Shown here in pieces: positions 52,879 through 62,889 of a DNA stretch of 64,000 nt. Numbering within the stretch: position 1 is the stretch's first letter; each line of letters begins with the position of its first letter. The stretch comes from Candidatus Latescibacterota bacterium (lineage in GTDB: Bacteria; Latescibacterota; CBDEFO01): positions 320,001 through 384,000 of the forward strand of contig CBDEFO010000007.1 of NCBI GenBank assembly GCA_965237525.1. The letters run 5' to 3'. The position numbers and the translations under genes are program-made. The notes beneath the pieces are model-generated. The model worked only from the letters and a program-made list of their open reading frames with translations. It had not been told where the DNA came from and did not search any database.

Positions 52879-53061
52879 CTCTGTACGTCAACCAGGTAAC
52901 CAGGAGGTGACCATCAAGAGATGGGCATGTACGGGAGCTTTGATCAGCGGGTCAGACTGGGCTGTCTGACCGTGCAGAGCACTGTCCGTGTATTCGAGAA
53001 GCGGTATAGGTGAATTGTGTCTTTTTGGCGAGTAATCTTACTGCAAACGGAGGGTGTAACC

Positions 53062-53906
53062 ATGCTATCACCACAACAGGTCGAACACTACCACCGCGAG
53101 GGGTACAGCGTCTATCCGGGATTCCTGTCCGGGGGAGAGGTCGCGGCCTTTCACGCCGAGATGGAGGCCATCACCGCGGACAATACGCTTGCACATCACG
53201 ACAACACGCGTCTGGAGATGGAGCCGAAGCAGGCCCCGGATGGGACCCTGGTCCGGCGTATCTACGAGCCCTGCACTTACTACGAGCGCTTCCGGGAGTT
53301 CTCCGAATCGGACCGATTACTGGATTGTGTGGAGCAGTTACTCGGCTCGAATATCCTTTTCCATTACAGCAAAATTAACATGAAGCCTGCCGGGATCGGA
53401 TCACCCGTTGAATGGCATCAGGATCTCTCCTACTACCCCCTTACGAACCGGGACTCCGTCTCTATCCTCTTCTACCTGGGGATGACGCCACCGTGCAAAA
53501 CGGTTGCCTGCAGGTGATCCCACGTCGCCATCAGACATCCTTGATGGAGCATAGCTCTGACGGGCTTTTCCGCGGCAGGGTAACAGAGCCGGTGGACGCG
53601 ACGCAGGCGGTGCCGCTAGAAGGCGAAGTGGGCTCGGCCATCTTTATGAGCTGTATGACCCCGCACGCCTCTGTCACGAACACGTCAAGAGAGCCGCGTC
53701 GGACACTCATTCTGAGTTACCGGGCCGCGGATGCATACCTGATCTATTGTGGTGAGATAACGGGGTTTGTCGAAGAGCACGTCCGACTGGTGCGCGGTCA
53801 GCGCTCCCCTGTGGCCCGTCTCACGATGGACGAATTCCCAATTCCCCAGTATGAGAGTAAGCTCGTGTCACTCTATGAATTGCAGGAGCAGACCCGCGAC
53901 GATTGA
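53062..53906 (+). CDS. Phytanoyl-CoA dioxygenase (PhyH) family; frameshift near 53479
   Basis: KINMKP...WHQD in first ORF; DDATVQNGCLQVIP, HAS..N, RR in second. Confidence 0.85.
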
Positions 53907-54498
53907 TGATCTGCTCACTGTCCCCAACGATGTTGTCAAGAATCGTTGACCCCCGATAGATTCAATCGGGTGTGACCCGTGTGAACGCTCTTATAAGGAA
54001 CCACACATGATTGAGATCTCGGCTACGACCCCGTTTGCCGCACCGCCCACGTGGGCGGTACTGGAACGACTGGACTTAGACGCTAAAATAAGCTTGGATT
54101 AAATTTAGCCAAACCGTTACCAACTTCTGCCAGTTGAAAACTTTAGCCCCAATGCCACACGATTGACCGAAAGGATTTTAAGGTTAGCTTGGGATGAACG
54201 TGTGCCTTACATGCCTTTCGTGTCTCTTCCCAAAAGTCAGATTGACTCAAGTTTCTATAATTGCTTATTTATCATAATCCTATATCTGATTGAGACCATC
54301 TGATTCGGCACAGAATAAATAAAGAAATAGAAAAATTTAAGCAAGACACTCCTGCCTTGCTGAATCAAAAACTTTGTACAACTCAACAGCTCTATGCTTA
54401 AACCTCTCTGCTTTGCCAATCATCTCTTCTACCTTATATCTCTGTGCCAAAATCTTCACAGCAAGCCCTGCAAGAGCATCTGACTTGTAGTCAGATAT

Positions 54499-54842
54499 GG
54501 TTTTTCCTTTCGGTTTAATGTGTTTCCCTAACTTGTTGTTCTGTATTTAGATAAGGGCTATTGACTTTATTCTTGTTTAGTGTTATTTTATGGTATTCCC
54601 GCTCGTTCAGTAGAAATCTAGTAGAAGTTAGTAGAAGAATCAAGGTCGATCGGTTCGACAACTTCAAAGAAGTAATGCCAGAGGACAAGGCGGACCGCAG
54701 GGATATTCCAAAGGATCGATGACGACAACAGAAAGCGTTTCCATTCGTCCTTGGGATATAAGACCCGAGAAGACTAGAGGAAACAGTTTTATCTGCTACC
54801 CCAGCTTGCGTAATTGATGTCGCTTTCCAGGGAGGCAGTACA
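54499..54842 (+). repeat. Promoter plus IS3-family 3'-end remnant module, copy 2
   Basis: TTGACT-17-TATTTT (54561-89); encodes IDDDNRKRFHSSLGYKT; ends ...GGGAGGCAGTACA. Confidence 0.75.
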
Positions 54843-54858
54843 AAAGAGGAGGCTCAAC

Positions 54859-55521
54859 ATGGCAGGGACAGAAAAGGGGTTCTCGGAGAACGACAGGAAG
54901 GTGCTCGACGTCACGTTTAATTCGACAGGGGAGAGCGTCAACAACGCGTGGGGCTGGCGGATTCCCCGGAACCCGGATCGGGTGACAGGTGAGTTAACGG
55001 AAGCCGAGCAAGAGGTCACCGAGATGGCCCGGAAGGATACTCGCCAGACGCGCGAGGTCTCACGCGTGAAAACCTACACATACTGGGCGCCGTTCAACTA
55101 CGACAACGTAACCGTGGAGTTGGGACGTCCCGGGACTGGAGTCGAATTCAACATGGACGGTGCGGAATTAGACATCTATCCGTACGGTGCCATTACGATT
55201 GAGGAGGAAGAACCCATAGTCGCGGTCACCGTCATCGGGAGCGGCTGTTCTAACCAAGCCTGTGTGTGGTTAGAGGGGGAGCCCGTGGAATGGAAATATC
55301 CTCGGACCGGCGTGCGCATGATGAAACGCGACCTTTGGGGGATGCACGTACGCTACGACGCGTGGCGGTCCACGGACGAAAGCTGGAACGACGCTGGCCT
55401 GAGCAGCGCGCGATTTGATCTGCCGGACTGTAGGAAGGTCATCGTGGGTGGAAGCTCAGTGGGTGCAGACCCGCACTACTGCATGCGCATCATCCGGGTC
55501 GACGTGAAGGAGAACCTCTGA
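54859..55521 (+). CDS. Hypothetical protein
   Basis: ATG after GAGGAGG RBS; 220-aa open frame. Confidence 0.65.
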   Translation: MAGTEKGFSENDRKVLDVTFNSTGESVNNAWGWRIPRNPDRVTGELTEAEQEVTEMARKDTRQTREVSRVKTYTYWAPFNYDNVTVELGRPGTGVEFNMDGAELDIYPYGAITIEEEEPIVAVTVIGSGCSNQACVWLEGEPVEWKYPRTGVRMMKRDLWGMHVRYDAWRSTDESWNDAGLSSARFDLPDCRKVIVGGSSVGADPHYCMRIIRVDVKENL

Positions 55522-56071
55522 CGGGTGCGCTTAGATGTGTGTCTCAAAAGCTCGTTCCCACTTCCTCCGGGGAAGAGACAAGGTGACACGGTGATTGGGA
55601 GATTCCGGTCTTGAGGGGAAGAATTGTTTCGGCCACATGGCGGAGCTGTTGGACGTTGTCGTCAATCCGTTAGGCCGCTATGGAATGGCGAAAAGGAAAA
55701 CAGTGGACAACGCAGTGCGCCGCTTCCTGCTTCGCAACGCATGCCTTTATGCATGGCAAATCCGCAAGTAAAAGGGAGATTGAGAGATGGCTGAGAGACT
55801 CATCTTCCGAAATGCCGCAAGCCCGGCCATCGGCTCTGCACAGTATGACATGCAGTCATAAGATTTTCACATAAAGATGTCGTGATATGTGAATGGTAGG
55901 AGCCGTTTTCAACGGCGATGATTACTTGCATCGCTTCGTTGTAGGCTTCGCCTGTGCGCAGATAAAATCTGCTCCTACCGCTCACGTATTGGATGAATTC
56001 ATGACGACATTCACATTTTAAATCGGTATCAGTGGTTCACAGCGTAGAAATGTCTCGAGGAGGATCTTGCC

Positions 56072-57559
56072 TTGACTCACATCCACAATCAGAGCCCGCT
56101 CGTATCGAAGCATTTGTTCATCGACGATCGGTTTGTCGAGGAACTGTCTGGTCTGAAACGTCGCTTCCACCAAGCCGTCAAGTGTGATGAAAATCCCGTT
56201 ATCCGCGCAGAGAAGCCCTGGGAGAAGGACGCGGCTTTCATCGATTCGGCGATCGCCATCTACGACGAAGCGCAGGGCATCTTCCGAGCATGGTATCAGG
56301 GCGGAGCATGCTACGGTCCTGAGGATGGTTCGAACATGTGCTATGCCACCTCACAGGACGGGATCCACTGGGACAAGCCTTCGCTGGGTTTGATCGAGTT
56401 CGAAGGGAACAAGGACAACAACATCGTGCTGATGGCCAATTGCATGATGCACGATCCTGCACCGATTATGGATCGGATCGATCCCGACCCTCAACGTCGC
56501 TACAAGGCGGTCTGGTGGGGAGGCAGGAAGGACCCATCCCAGAAAAACGGGTGGCAGCTAGGCCATTGCGTCGGATTCTCTCCGGACGGTATTCATTGGC
56601 ACGAGCACCCGGAGAATCCGGTCTGGCCCGGGGACGCCGAAGTGGCGGTGCCCGCCGGCTTGGAGCGAACCTCGGGCAGATTTGCGATGTACAGCAGTGC
56701 TGACGGCTATGGGATGCGGGTTACCGGGCGGAGTGAAAGTGACGATTTCGTCCATTGGGACCTTCCGCCCAAGTTCCTCCTCCAGCCTGATGACGAAGAT
56801 CCTCCAGGCACTGAAGTCGCGGGTCTGGCGCCGATCAATTATGAGGGCACACAGCTCGGGATGCTCTGGATTTCCCGTAATCTGCCCGAGTTTACCAAGC
56901 AGGAATGGCAGCAGATTGTCGAACAGAATAAACGCCAGGGGTTCTTCGGTCCACCGATCGAGATGAACAATGTCCGATGCCGCGTGATGTACACCGAACT
57001 CGCCGCAAGCCCCGACGGTGTCAACTGGCAGCGCGTCCATCGCCAGCCTCTGTTCCCCTTCGGCCCCGAGGGGAGTTGGGATGAGTGTATCTGCCTGGCC
57101 GCGAGGCCGTTCGCACACGAGGACAAGATATACGTCTATTACACCGGCCATGGACGCACCAAACCCACGCCTGGCTGCACGGGACCTGAGAAGATCGGCC
57201 AGTGGAACGTCGAAACCGGTTTAGCTACGTTGCGCCTGGACGGGTTCGCCTCACTGGAGGCGTACTCATCGCCGGGCGTGCTCGTCACCAAGACGTTTCC
57301 TTTCAAAGGGACGGGCGTTGTGGTCAACACAGATGCAGGGAAGGGATCGGTTCGGCTGGAAATACTCGACGATCAAGGCCAACCGATCCCCGGGTTCACT
57401 AGGGAACAAGCCCGGCCGATTACGGGCAACCACCTGCGGGCGCGGGCAGCCTGGACCTCCGAGGCTGCCCCGACAGACCTTCGGGGCCGCCGCACCCGAT
57501 TGAAGCTTTATATAGAAAACGGCCATCTGTACTCGCTGTCGATCACTGCCGACGGATAG
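56072..57559 (+). CDS. GH32/GH43-like five-bladed beta-propeller protein
   Basis: NPV..PWE, YATSQDGIHW, SPDGIHW, SDDFVHW Asp-boxes, GLATLRLDGFAS. Confidence 0.75.
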   Translation: MTHIHNQSPLVSKHLFIDDRFVEELSGLKRRFHQAVKCDENPVIRAEKPWEKDAAFIDSAIAIYDEAQGIFRAWYQGGACYGPEDGSNMCYATSQDGIHWDKPSLGLIEFEGNKDNNIVLMANCMMHDPAPIMDRIDPDPQRRYKAVWWGGRKDPSQKNGWQLGHCVGFSPDGIHWHEHPENPVWPGDAEVAVPAGLERTSGRFAMYSSADGYGMRVTGRSESDDFVHWDLPPKFLLQPDDEDPPGTEVAGLAPINYEGTQLGMLWISRNLPEFTKQEWQQIVEQNKRQGFFGPPIEMNNVRCRVMYTELAASPDGVNWQRVHRQPLFPFGPEGSWDECICLAARPFAHEDKIYVYYTGHGRTKPTPGCTGPEKIGQWNVETGLATLRLDGFASLEAYSSPGVLVTKTFPFKGTGVVVNTDAGKGSVRLEILDDQGQPIPGFTREQARPITGNHLRARAAWTSEAAPTDLRGRRTRLKLYIENGHLYSLSITADG

Positions 57560-57701
57560 TCGGAATGGGACGGAGGGATGTTCAACGTTGCCGTGATCAG
57601 ACGAGGCATATCGGCCTTGGGTTTTGCCCCGCATAGATAGGAAAGGCTACCAACATGTTACCAGGTCGCACTGAGTCAGAGCTGACTTTCAGCAACCAGC
57701 C

Positions 57702-57932
57702 GTGTCCAGCGTCGAATGGAATGGTTCAGCGTACTGTATCACCAGACCATACAGTGCGAAGAAGAACAAGCCAGAAGACGGAGGTGTGGAGTTTCCACAC
57801 TGTCTCGGTGAAGTGTTCAACGGACTGATTGCTGAGGCGTTCTCTATCGAGGGGTCTATGAACGACCGCAGTTCGAGGAAGAAGGGCAAGAAGCGAAACC
57901 CGGAAGTTGGACTCATCAAGAGAGGTATGTAG
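57702..57932 (+). pseudogene. Gene fragment, possibly the C-terminus of a SAM methyltransferase
   Basis: EFPHCLGEVFNGLIAEAFSIE resembles methyltransferase C-termini; no N-terminus present. Confidence 0.3.
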
Positions 57933-58035
57933 TGGGCGAGTTTACCATAGTGGCGAGAGCGAAGCAGGATAACTGCTGATCCGCGTTGGCGGTCTAGCCA
58001 TCCGTGGCAAGGAACGCCCAACCGGCTGGCACATC

Positions 58036-58164
58036 CTATAACACGTGTACCCGCGGCTTCTGTCGCTTCGTTCCCTCCGGCCAACAGCCTGTGTCACGTC
58101 GGTTGCTGATAAGCACAACCGACGCGCCGATCCGCCTGCGCCAGTTCGGGAACAAACGTTATGG
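58036..58164 (+). other. attC-like integron recombination site
   Basis: CTATAAC (58036-42) ... GTTATGG (58158-64); arms TGTACCCG / CGGGAACA; internal hairpin CGTCGGTTG...CAACCGACG. Confidence 0.65.
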
Positions 58165-58186
58165 GAAATGTTAAAGGAGGTACGCA

Positions 58187-59251
58187 ATGAAGTATGAACG
58201 TATACCTGTGTATTTAGTCACATTGCTTTCCACATTGTTCTTCGCCAAGCTCGATCAGATAATAGCAAACGATGCACCTGTTGTTGTAAGTGTCGGCAAA
58301 AGTATTAGCCCTCGTAAAGATGTACCGGTCAGAATGGTATCAGAATCTGTATCAATCACAATTGACAACACTATTGCGCGGGTTTACTGCACCTTCGATT
58401 TTCACAATGAAGGCCCCTCTGACACACTAGAAGTTGGATTCCCGAGGGGGTGGGAAAAGGATCTCTACGACTTCCTAGCTAAGGTGGACGGTAAGTTTGT
58501 GCCTGTACGAACTGGAGCACATAAACCCATACACCCGTTTAACTTGGATAAGATCGTCGATTGGAAAATATTTGAAGTGCCTTTCTTGACTAAGGGCAGC
58601 AAGGTGAAAGTACGTAATTGGTATTGGACTGTTTTATCTAATACGAAGTACGACGGACTGTCCGACCAACGATTCGTATACATCCTGAAAACGGGTGCAC
58701 TGTGGGCAGGAACTATTGGCGATGCTACAATCACCATTACCCTGCGGAACACCCATCCTGACCAGATTACAAAGCTAGAACCGTCCGGTTACGTTCAGGA
58801 AGGTCAAAGAATCACTTGGCAATTCAGGGATTTTGAGCCGAAGGAAGACATAGAAATTCATCTTATGCAAGATTTTCTCTATGGACGACTCCTTCGGTCT
58901 CAGATGTTGCTCAAACAAGACCCAAATAACGCCGAAGGTCATTTTCTATCCGGGACAGTGTATTTCAATCAAGAAGGGGTTTTTAGTTCAAAAGCTCAGG
59001 ATTCGTTCTCCAAAGCCCTAAGTCTCAATCCCAAATTATGGGATGCTCGATGGTATCTTGTGGCTATTTACTATTTAAAAGAAAACTGGGATGCACTTCA
59101 ATATGAACTCGAAACAATAATAGAGGGTAATCCTGAATACATTTGTAGGGATGAGGCCTTCTCGAACTATATGTACGCGGATTTGCCAACTCACATACCA
59201 CAAGGATTCTTAGAGAGTGTTCGTCACCACCTAAGCGAAATAGAGAAATAA
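58187..59251 (+). CDS. Exported protein (DUF4424-like N-domain plus TPR); cassette-like gene
   Basis: Signal peptide; VRMVSE, VGFP, YILKTGALWAGTIG; TPR-like C-terminus; flanked by GTTATGGGAA and TTCCCATAAC. Confidence 0.75.
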   Translation: MKYERIPVYLVTLLSTLFFAKLDQIIANDAPVVVSVGKSISPRKDVPVRMVSESVSITIDNTIARVYCTFDFHNEGPSDTLEVGFPRGWEKDLYDFLAKVDGKFVPVRTGAHKPIHPFNLDKIVDWKIFEVPFLTKGSKVKVRNWYWTVLSNTKYDGLSDQRFVYILKTGALWAGTIGDATITITLRNTHPDQITKLEPSGYVQEGQRITWQFRDFEPKEDIEIHLMQDFLYGRLLRSQMLLKQDPNNAEGHFLSGTVYFNQEGVFSSKAQDSFSKALSLNPKLWDARWYLVAIYYLKENWDALQYELETIIEGNPEYICRDEAFSNYMYADLPTHIPQGFLESVRHHLSEIEK

Positions 59252-59324
59252 GTTAGCACTTCCCATAACATTCAGAGAAACGATGGCCAAAATTTGAAAG
59301 ACCCAAAATGGGGGGAACGCCGTT

Positions 59325-61447
59325 ATGTTCAGAGCGATTCTTTTGGTATATTTCAGTTTTCTGTCTGTTCATGCCGTGGCCTTTGAAACAAGCCTCGGAC
59401 CATTTGAGAGCCGTAAACGTTTTCGGTCTCCATCTGATTCTCTACGACTCCATAGCGCCCCATCTATCCACTCGTGGGTCATAAAGAATCTAAAAGTAAT
59501 ATCAGGTGCCGAAATTGCATACGATCAAAAACGCTTTAGGACTCTAGCAACAGGTCTATTTGTAGCTGAAAACTCGGGCAGCATTAGAAGCCTTGTGAAA
59601 AACCCTTAGATTCAGAAAATAGTATAAAACAAGCATTGATAAAGCAGCTCCGATGTATTATATTATGTTATTGATAATATTATACATGGAGGAAACAATG
59701 ACCCCACAAAAGCAGGAACAGACAAATCCGATGTTTCACTATTTTCAGATGGAGGATTTAGTTCCCGAGGATCATATCCTTCGTCAGATTGATGAGGCAG
59801 TTGATTTTTCATTTGTACGAGACGTTGTATCAGATTGTTATTGCCCTGACAATGGCAGACCCGGTATTGATCCTGAATTAGTTGTTCGAATGATCCTTAT
59901 TGGCTATCTGTATAATTTGAGTGAGAATCGGCTCTGTCAGGAAGTGGGGATGCATGCGGCATATCGGTTGTTTTGTCATCAGACATTTGATGATGCGGTT
60001 CCGGATAGGAGCACGATCAACAAGCTTCGCAATCACAAGTGGGCATCCAGTGGGTTGTTTGAACGGATAATGCGTCAGGTAGTCCAGTGTTGCATAGATG
60101 TCGGTCTTGTGAGCGGTAAACACCTTAGTGTCGACGGCACTCAGATACAAGCTGATGCTTCAGTGAAAAGTATTGAGCCGATAGAACCCCCTGTTTCTCT
60201 TGATGATTATCTCAAGGGAATCGGTTTTGAAGGTGATAAGACAAAGGGTAGGTCCGGGCATCCTCAGGATAAAGACTTTCATGGTGAAAAGTGGACGAAC
60301 CAAACACACCGTTCGACTACAGACCCCGACGCGCGCTTATACAGCAAATCGAAGGGCAAAGGGGCTTTTCTCTCGTTTATGGGCCATGATCTGATCGACA
60401 CAAAAAGCAGAGTAATCCTTGAGACTCAGGGCACGCAGGCGACAGGGACAGCAGAGCCCGAAAGTGCCCTTAAGATGGTAGATGACCTTGAAACATACAC
60501 CATGCCCAAAGACATTCAGACACTTAGTGCCGATACCGGTTACGGTTCTGGTAATTTTATCGCTGATGTACTTGACCGGGGAATCATACCCCATATTCCT
60601 CTGCGAGCCGATGAGAAGATTGAACCGATTCCTACATGGAAAAACAAGACAAATCCAGCACATATTCAGGCCGAACGGGATAGAAAAGTGCGAGAGGCGA
60701 AAGCCAGAAATCATGCACGGTCTATCTCATTAACAGCTGACTACAAACTCTCCCGGAGACTCCGTAAACGCAGTGAACATATCTTTGCTGAAGCCAGGCA
60801 ACAACACGGTATGGGACGAGCCCGTTACAGAGGACCAGCCTCACTGAATGAACAGTTGAATCTTGTTGCAACAGTACAGAATCTCAAGAGGCTTGTATCT
60901 TTCATAAGAAGGGGGAAAGCGTCTATGTGTGCCCTGTCTGTCAAAGACAGTGCATCCTGTTCTTCAAACAGCTCCTGTTCCTTGCTGACCAGAACTCTGA
61001 TAAGACTATTTTGCTTATTCCACAGCAAAACGATACGATATGCTACTCTTTGACCCATAATCGGCGCTTCAGACGCTGCCTGGGACATAACTATTTCACA
61101 AGGCTTTTAGAGGAACCTACTATGGCGTGATTTCTTACCTTTCGGTAGAGGACTACAATAGGTTCAGGGGAGCAAGGAAGGATTTTGAATATGCGCAGAA
61201 AGATACTATTGAATATCTCCAATATCGGGCCGAAGGTACCGGCTTTATCCGTTTGGACAATCACGTCATATCAGTCGATCTTACAAGTCAGAACGCGGCT
61301 AATTTGCTTCAGGTAAGAGACCCAGTTGTTGAGTTCTGGATCAGAGTCATCGATAAAGATTCCAAGCCTATAGGCTGGTATCTTACTCATGATGAATTCG
61401 TAACCAAGGTACATCAGAGATCCTACACCAATGGACTTAGACGTTAA
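59325..61447 (+). pseudogene. Hypothetical exported protein interrupted by IS copy 4
   Basis: Removing the IS and one TTAG restores ...ENSGSIRGTYYGVISYLSVEDY... in frame. Confidence 0.8.
59588..61106 (+). mobile_element. IS1182-family insertion sequence, copy 4 (1519 bp)
   Basis: Same IRs; TTAG duplication (59584-87, 61107-10); transposase 59653..61053. Confidence 0.93.
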
Positions 61448-61499
61448 AATAAGCCTGGATCAAAGTTCGCCCAACCGCTACGAGCTTCTGGCACTGGTG

Positions 61500-61640
61500 G
61501 AAGCGAGGTTGCAGAATGACGGCCGCTGGTGCGTCCAGTTGGAGAAACTGACCACGGAGATGATCTCGTATGACTACATGGGTCGGTTCGAGACGTTCCA
61601 GCATGACTTCCGAATTCTACTCGAGAGTCTCGGAGCCGAC
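61500..61640 (+). pseudogene. Sulfotransferase-family fragment
   Basis: YDYMGRFETFQHDFRILLESLG resembles the YDFIGRFExLxxD motif. Confidence 0.45.
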
Positions 61641-61644
61641 GATT

Positions 61645-61682
61645 GCCTAACCATCCGTTGCAACTGAACTGAGTCGTTAGAC
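61645..61682 (+). other. Internally deleted attC-like site
   Basis: GCCTAACCATCCGTTGCA joined to CTGAACTGAGTCGTTAGAC; only 38 bp. Confidence 0.5.
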
Positions 61683-61707
61683 TGAGGGGCCTGGCGAAAG
61701 GAAAAAA

Positions 61708-62556
61708 ATGGAAAACGCAGTGTGCCGTACCTATCGCTACATCAAGGTCCGCCCGATCGCCGGTGCGCTCGGCGCCGAAATCGAAGGCGTGGATATCGGG
61801 CGGCCCCTGGAACGTGAAGTCGTTTCGGAGATCCGCCAGGCCTTCCTCGACCATCTGGTGATCTTCTTCCGCAACCAAGAACTCACTCCACAGGAGCAGC
61901 TCGCCTTTGCCCAGCAGTTCGGCCAGCCAATGGAATACCCACAGATGAAGGGACTGCCCGAATGTCCGTTGATCACAGCGGTGATCAAGCTGGAGCACGA
62001 GCAGGTGAATTTCGGCGGCGTCTGGCATTCTGACACCACTTATCTGGAGCGTCCGCCGATGGCGAGCATGCTCTACGCGGTCGAGATTCCGCCCTACGGC
62101 GGCGATACGATTTTCGCCAACCAGTATATGGCCTACGAGACCCTCTCGGAGGGTCTTAAGAAGACGCTCGAAGGCCTGGTCGGCGTCAACACCTCGACGA
62201 AACCCGAGGTCGCCAAGACGCGAGAGGACCGCTTACGCGACGCAGGCGCGGAACTGAAAGTGCTAGGCGCAGCGCATCCTGTGGTTCGCACGCACCCGGA
62301 GACTGGGCGCAAGGCGCTTTACGTCAACAACGCCCACACGACGCACTTCGAGGGTTGGACGGAGCAGGAGAGCCGGTCTCTGCTCGACTACCTCTTCGAG
62401 CACCAAGTCAGGACTGAGTTCACCTGCCGCTTTCGCTGGGGGCAAGGCTCCCTCGCCCTCTGGGATAATCGCTGCGCCCAGCACAATCCAGTGAATGACT
62501 ATCAGGGGTTCAGGCGCATAATGCATCGTGTCACGCTGGCCGGACGATCAAGATGA
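61708..62556 (+). CDS. tauD: TauD/TfdA family alpha-ketoglutarate dioxygenase
   Basis: GAEIEGVD, WHSDTT, GGDT, HPVVRTHPETG, WDNRCAQH. Confidence 0.88.
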   Translation: MENAVCRTYRYIKVRPIAGALGAEIEGVDIGRPLEREVVSEIRQAFLDHLVIFFRNQELTPQEQLAFAQQFGQPMEYPQMKGLPECPLITAVIKLEHEQVNFGGVWHSDTTYLERPPMASMLYAVEIPPYGGDTIFANQYMAYETLSEGLKKTLEGLVGVNTSTKPEVAKTREDRLRDAGAELKVLGAAHPVVRTHPETGRKALYVNNAHTTHFEGWTEQESRSLLDYLFEHQVRTEFTCRFRWGQGSLALWDNRCAQHNPVNDYQGFRRIMHRVTLAGRSR

Positions 62557-62728
62557 GGGTTCCGCCCCTTCTGCTGTGGTATTACCCAATCATTGGTTAC
62601 ATAGTCCACATTTGAGTCTTGCATAAGTAGAGATTATTTTGTATATTTAGTGTAACAAGATAGTAGCTTTAATCTACAATGCCAACGAATCCATGGGGAT
62701 CGCTTCCCCGTAGGAGTACGAAGAGCGT

Positions 62729-62771
62729 AAAAGCCGATGACTGGGTACCCCATCGAGTCGTCGGCTTTTTT
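62729..62771. terminator. Stem-loop with A-tract and T-tract
   Basis: AAAAGCCGATGACT...AGTCGTCGGCTTTTTT. Confidence 0.5.
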
Positions 62772-62889
62772 GTTGGAAGACGCAAAGGAGGCAAAACTTA
62801 TGAAAAAAAATAAAAAGAAAATAGGTCGAAAGACGAAGCTAACGCCTAAGCTACAAGAGGCATTATGCAACATCCTCCAGGAGGGCTAA

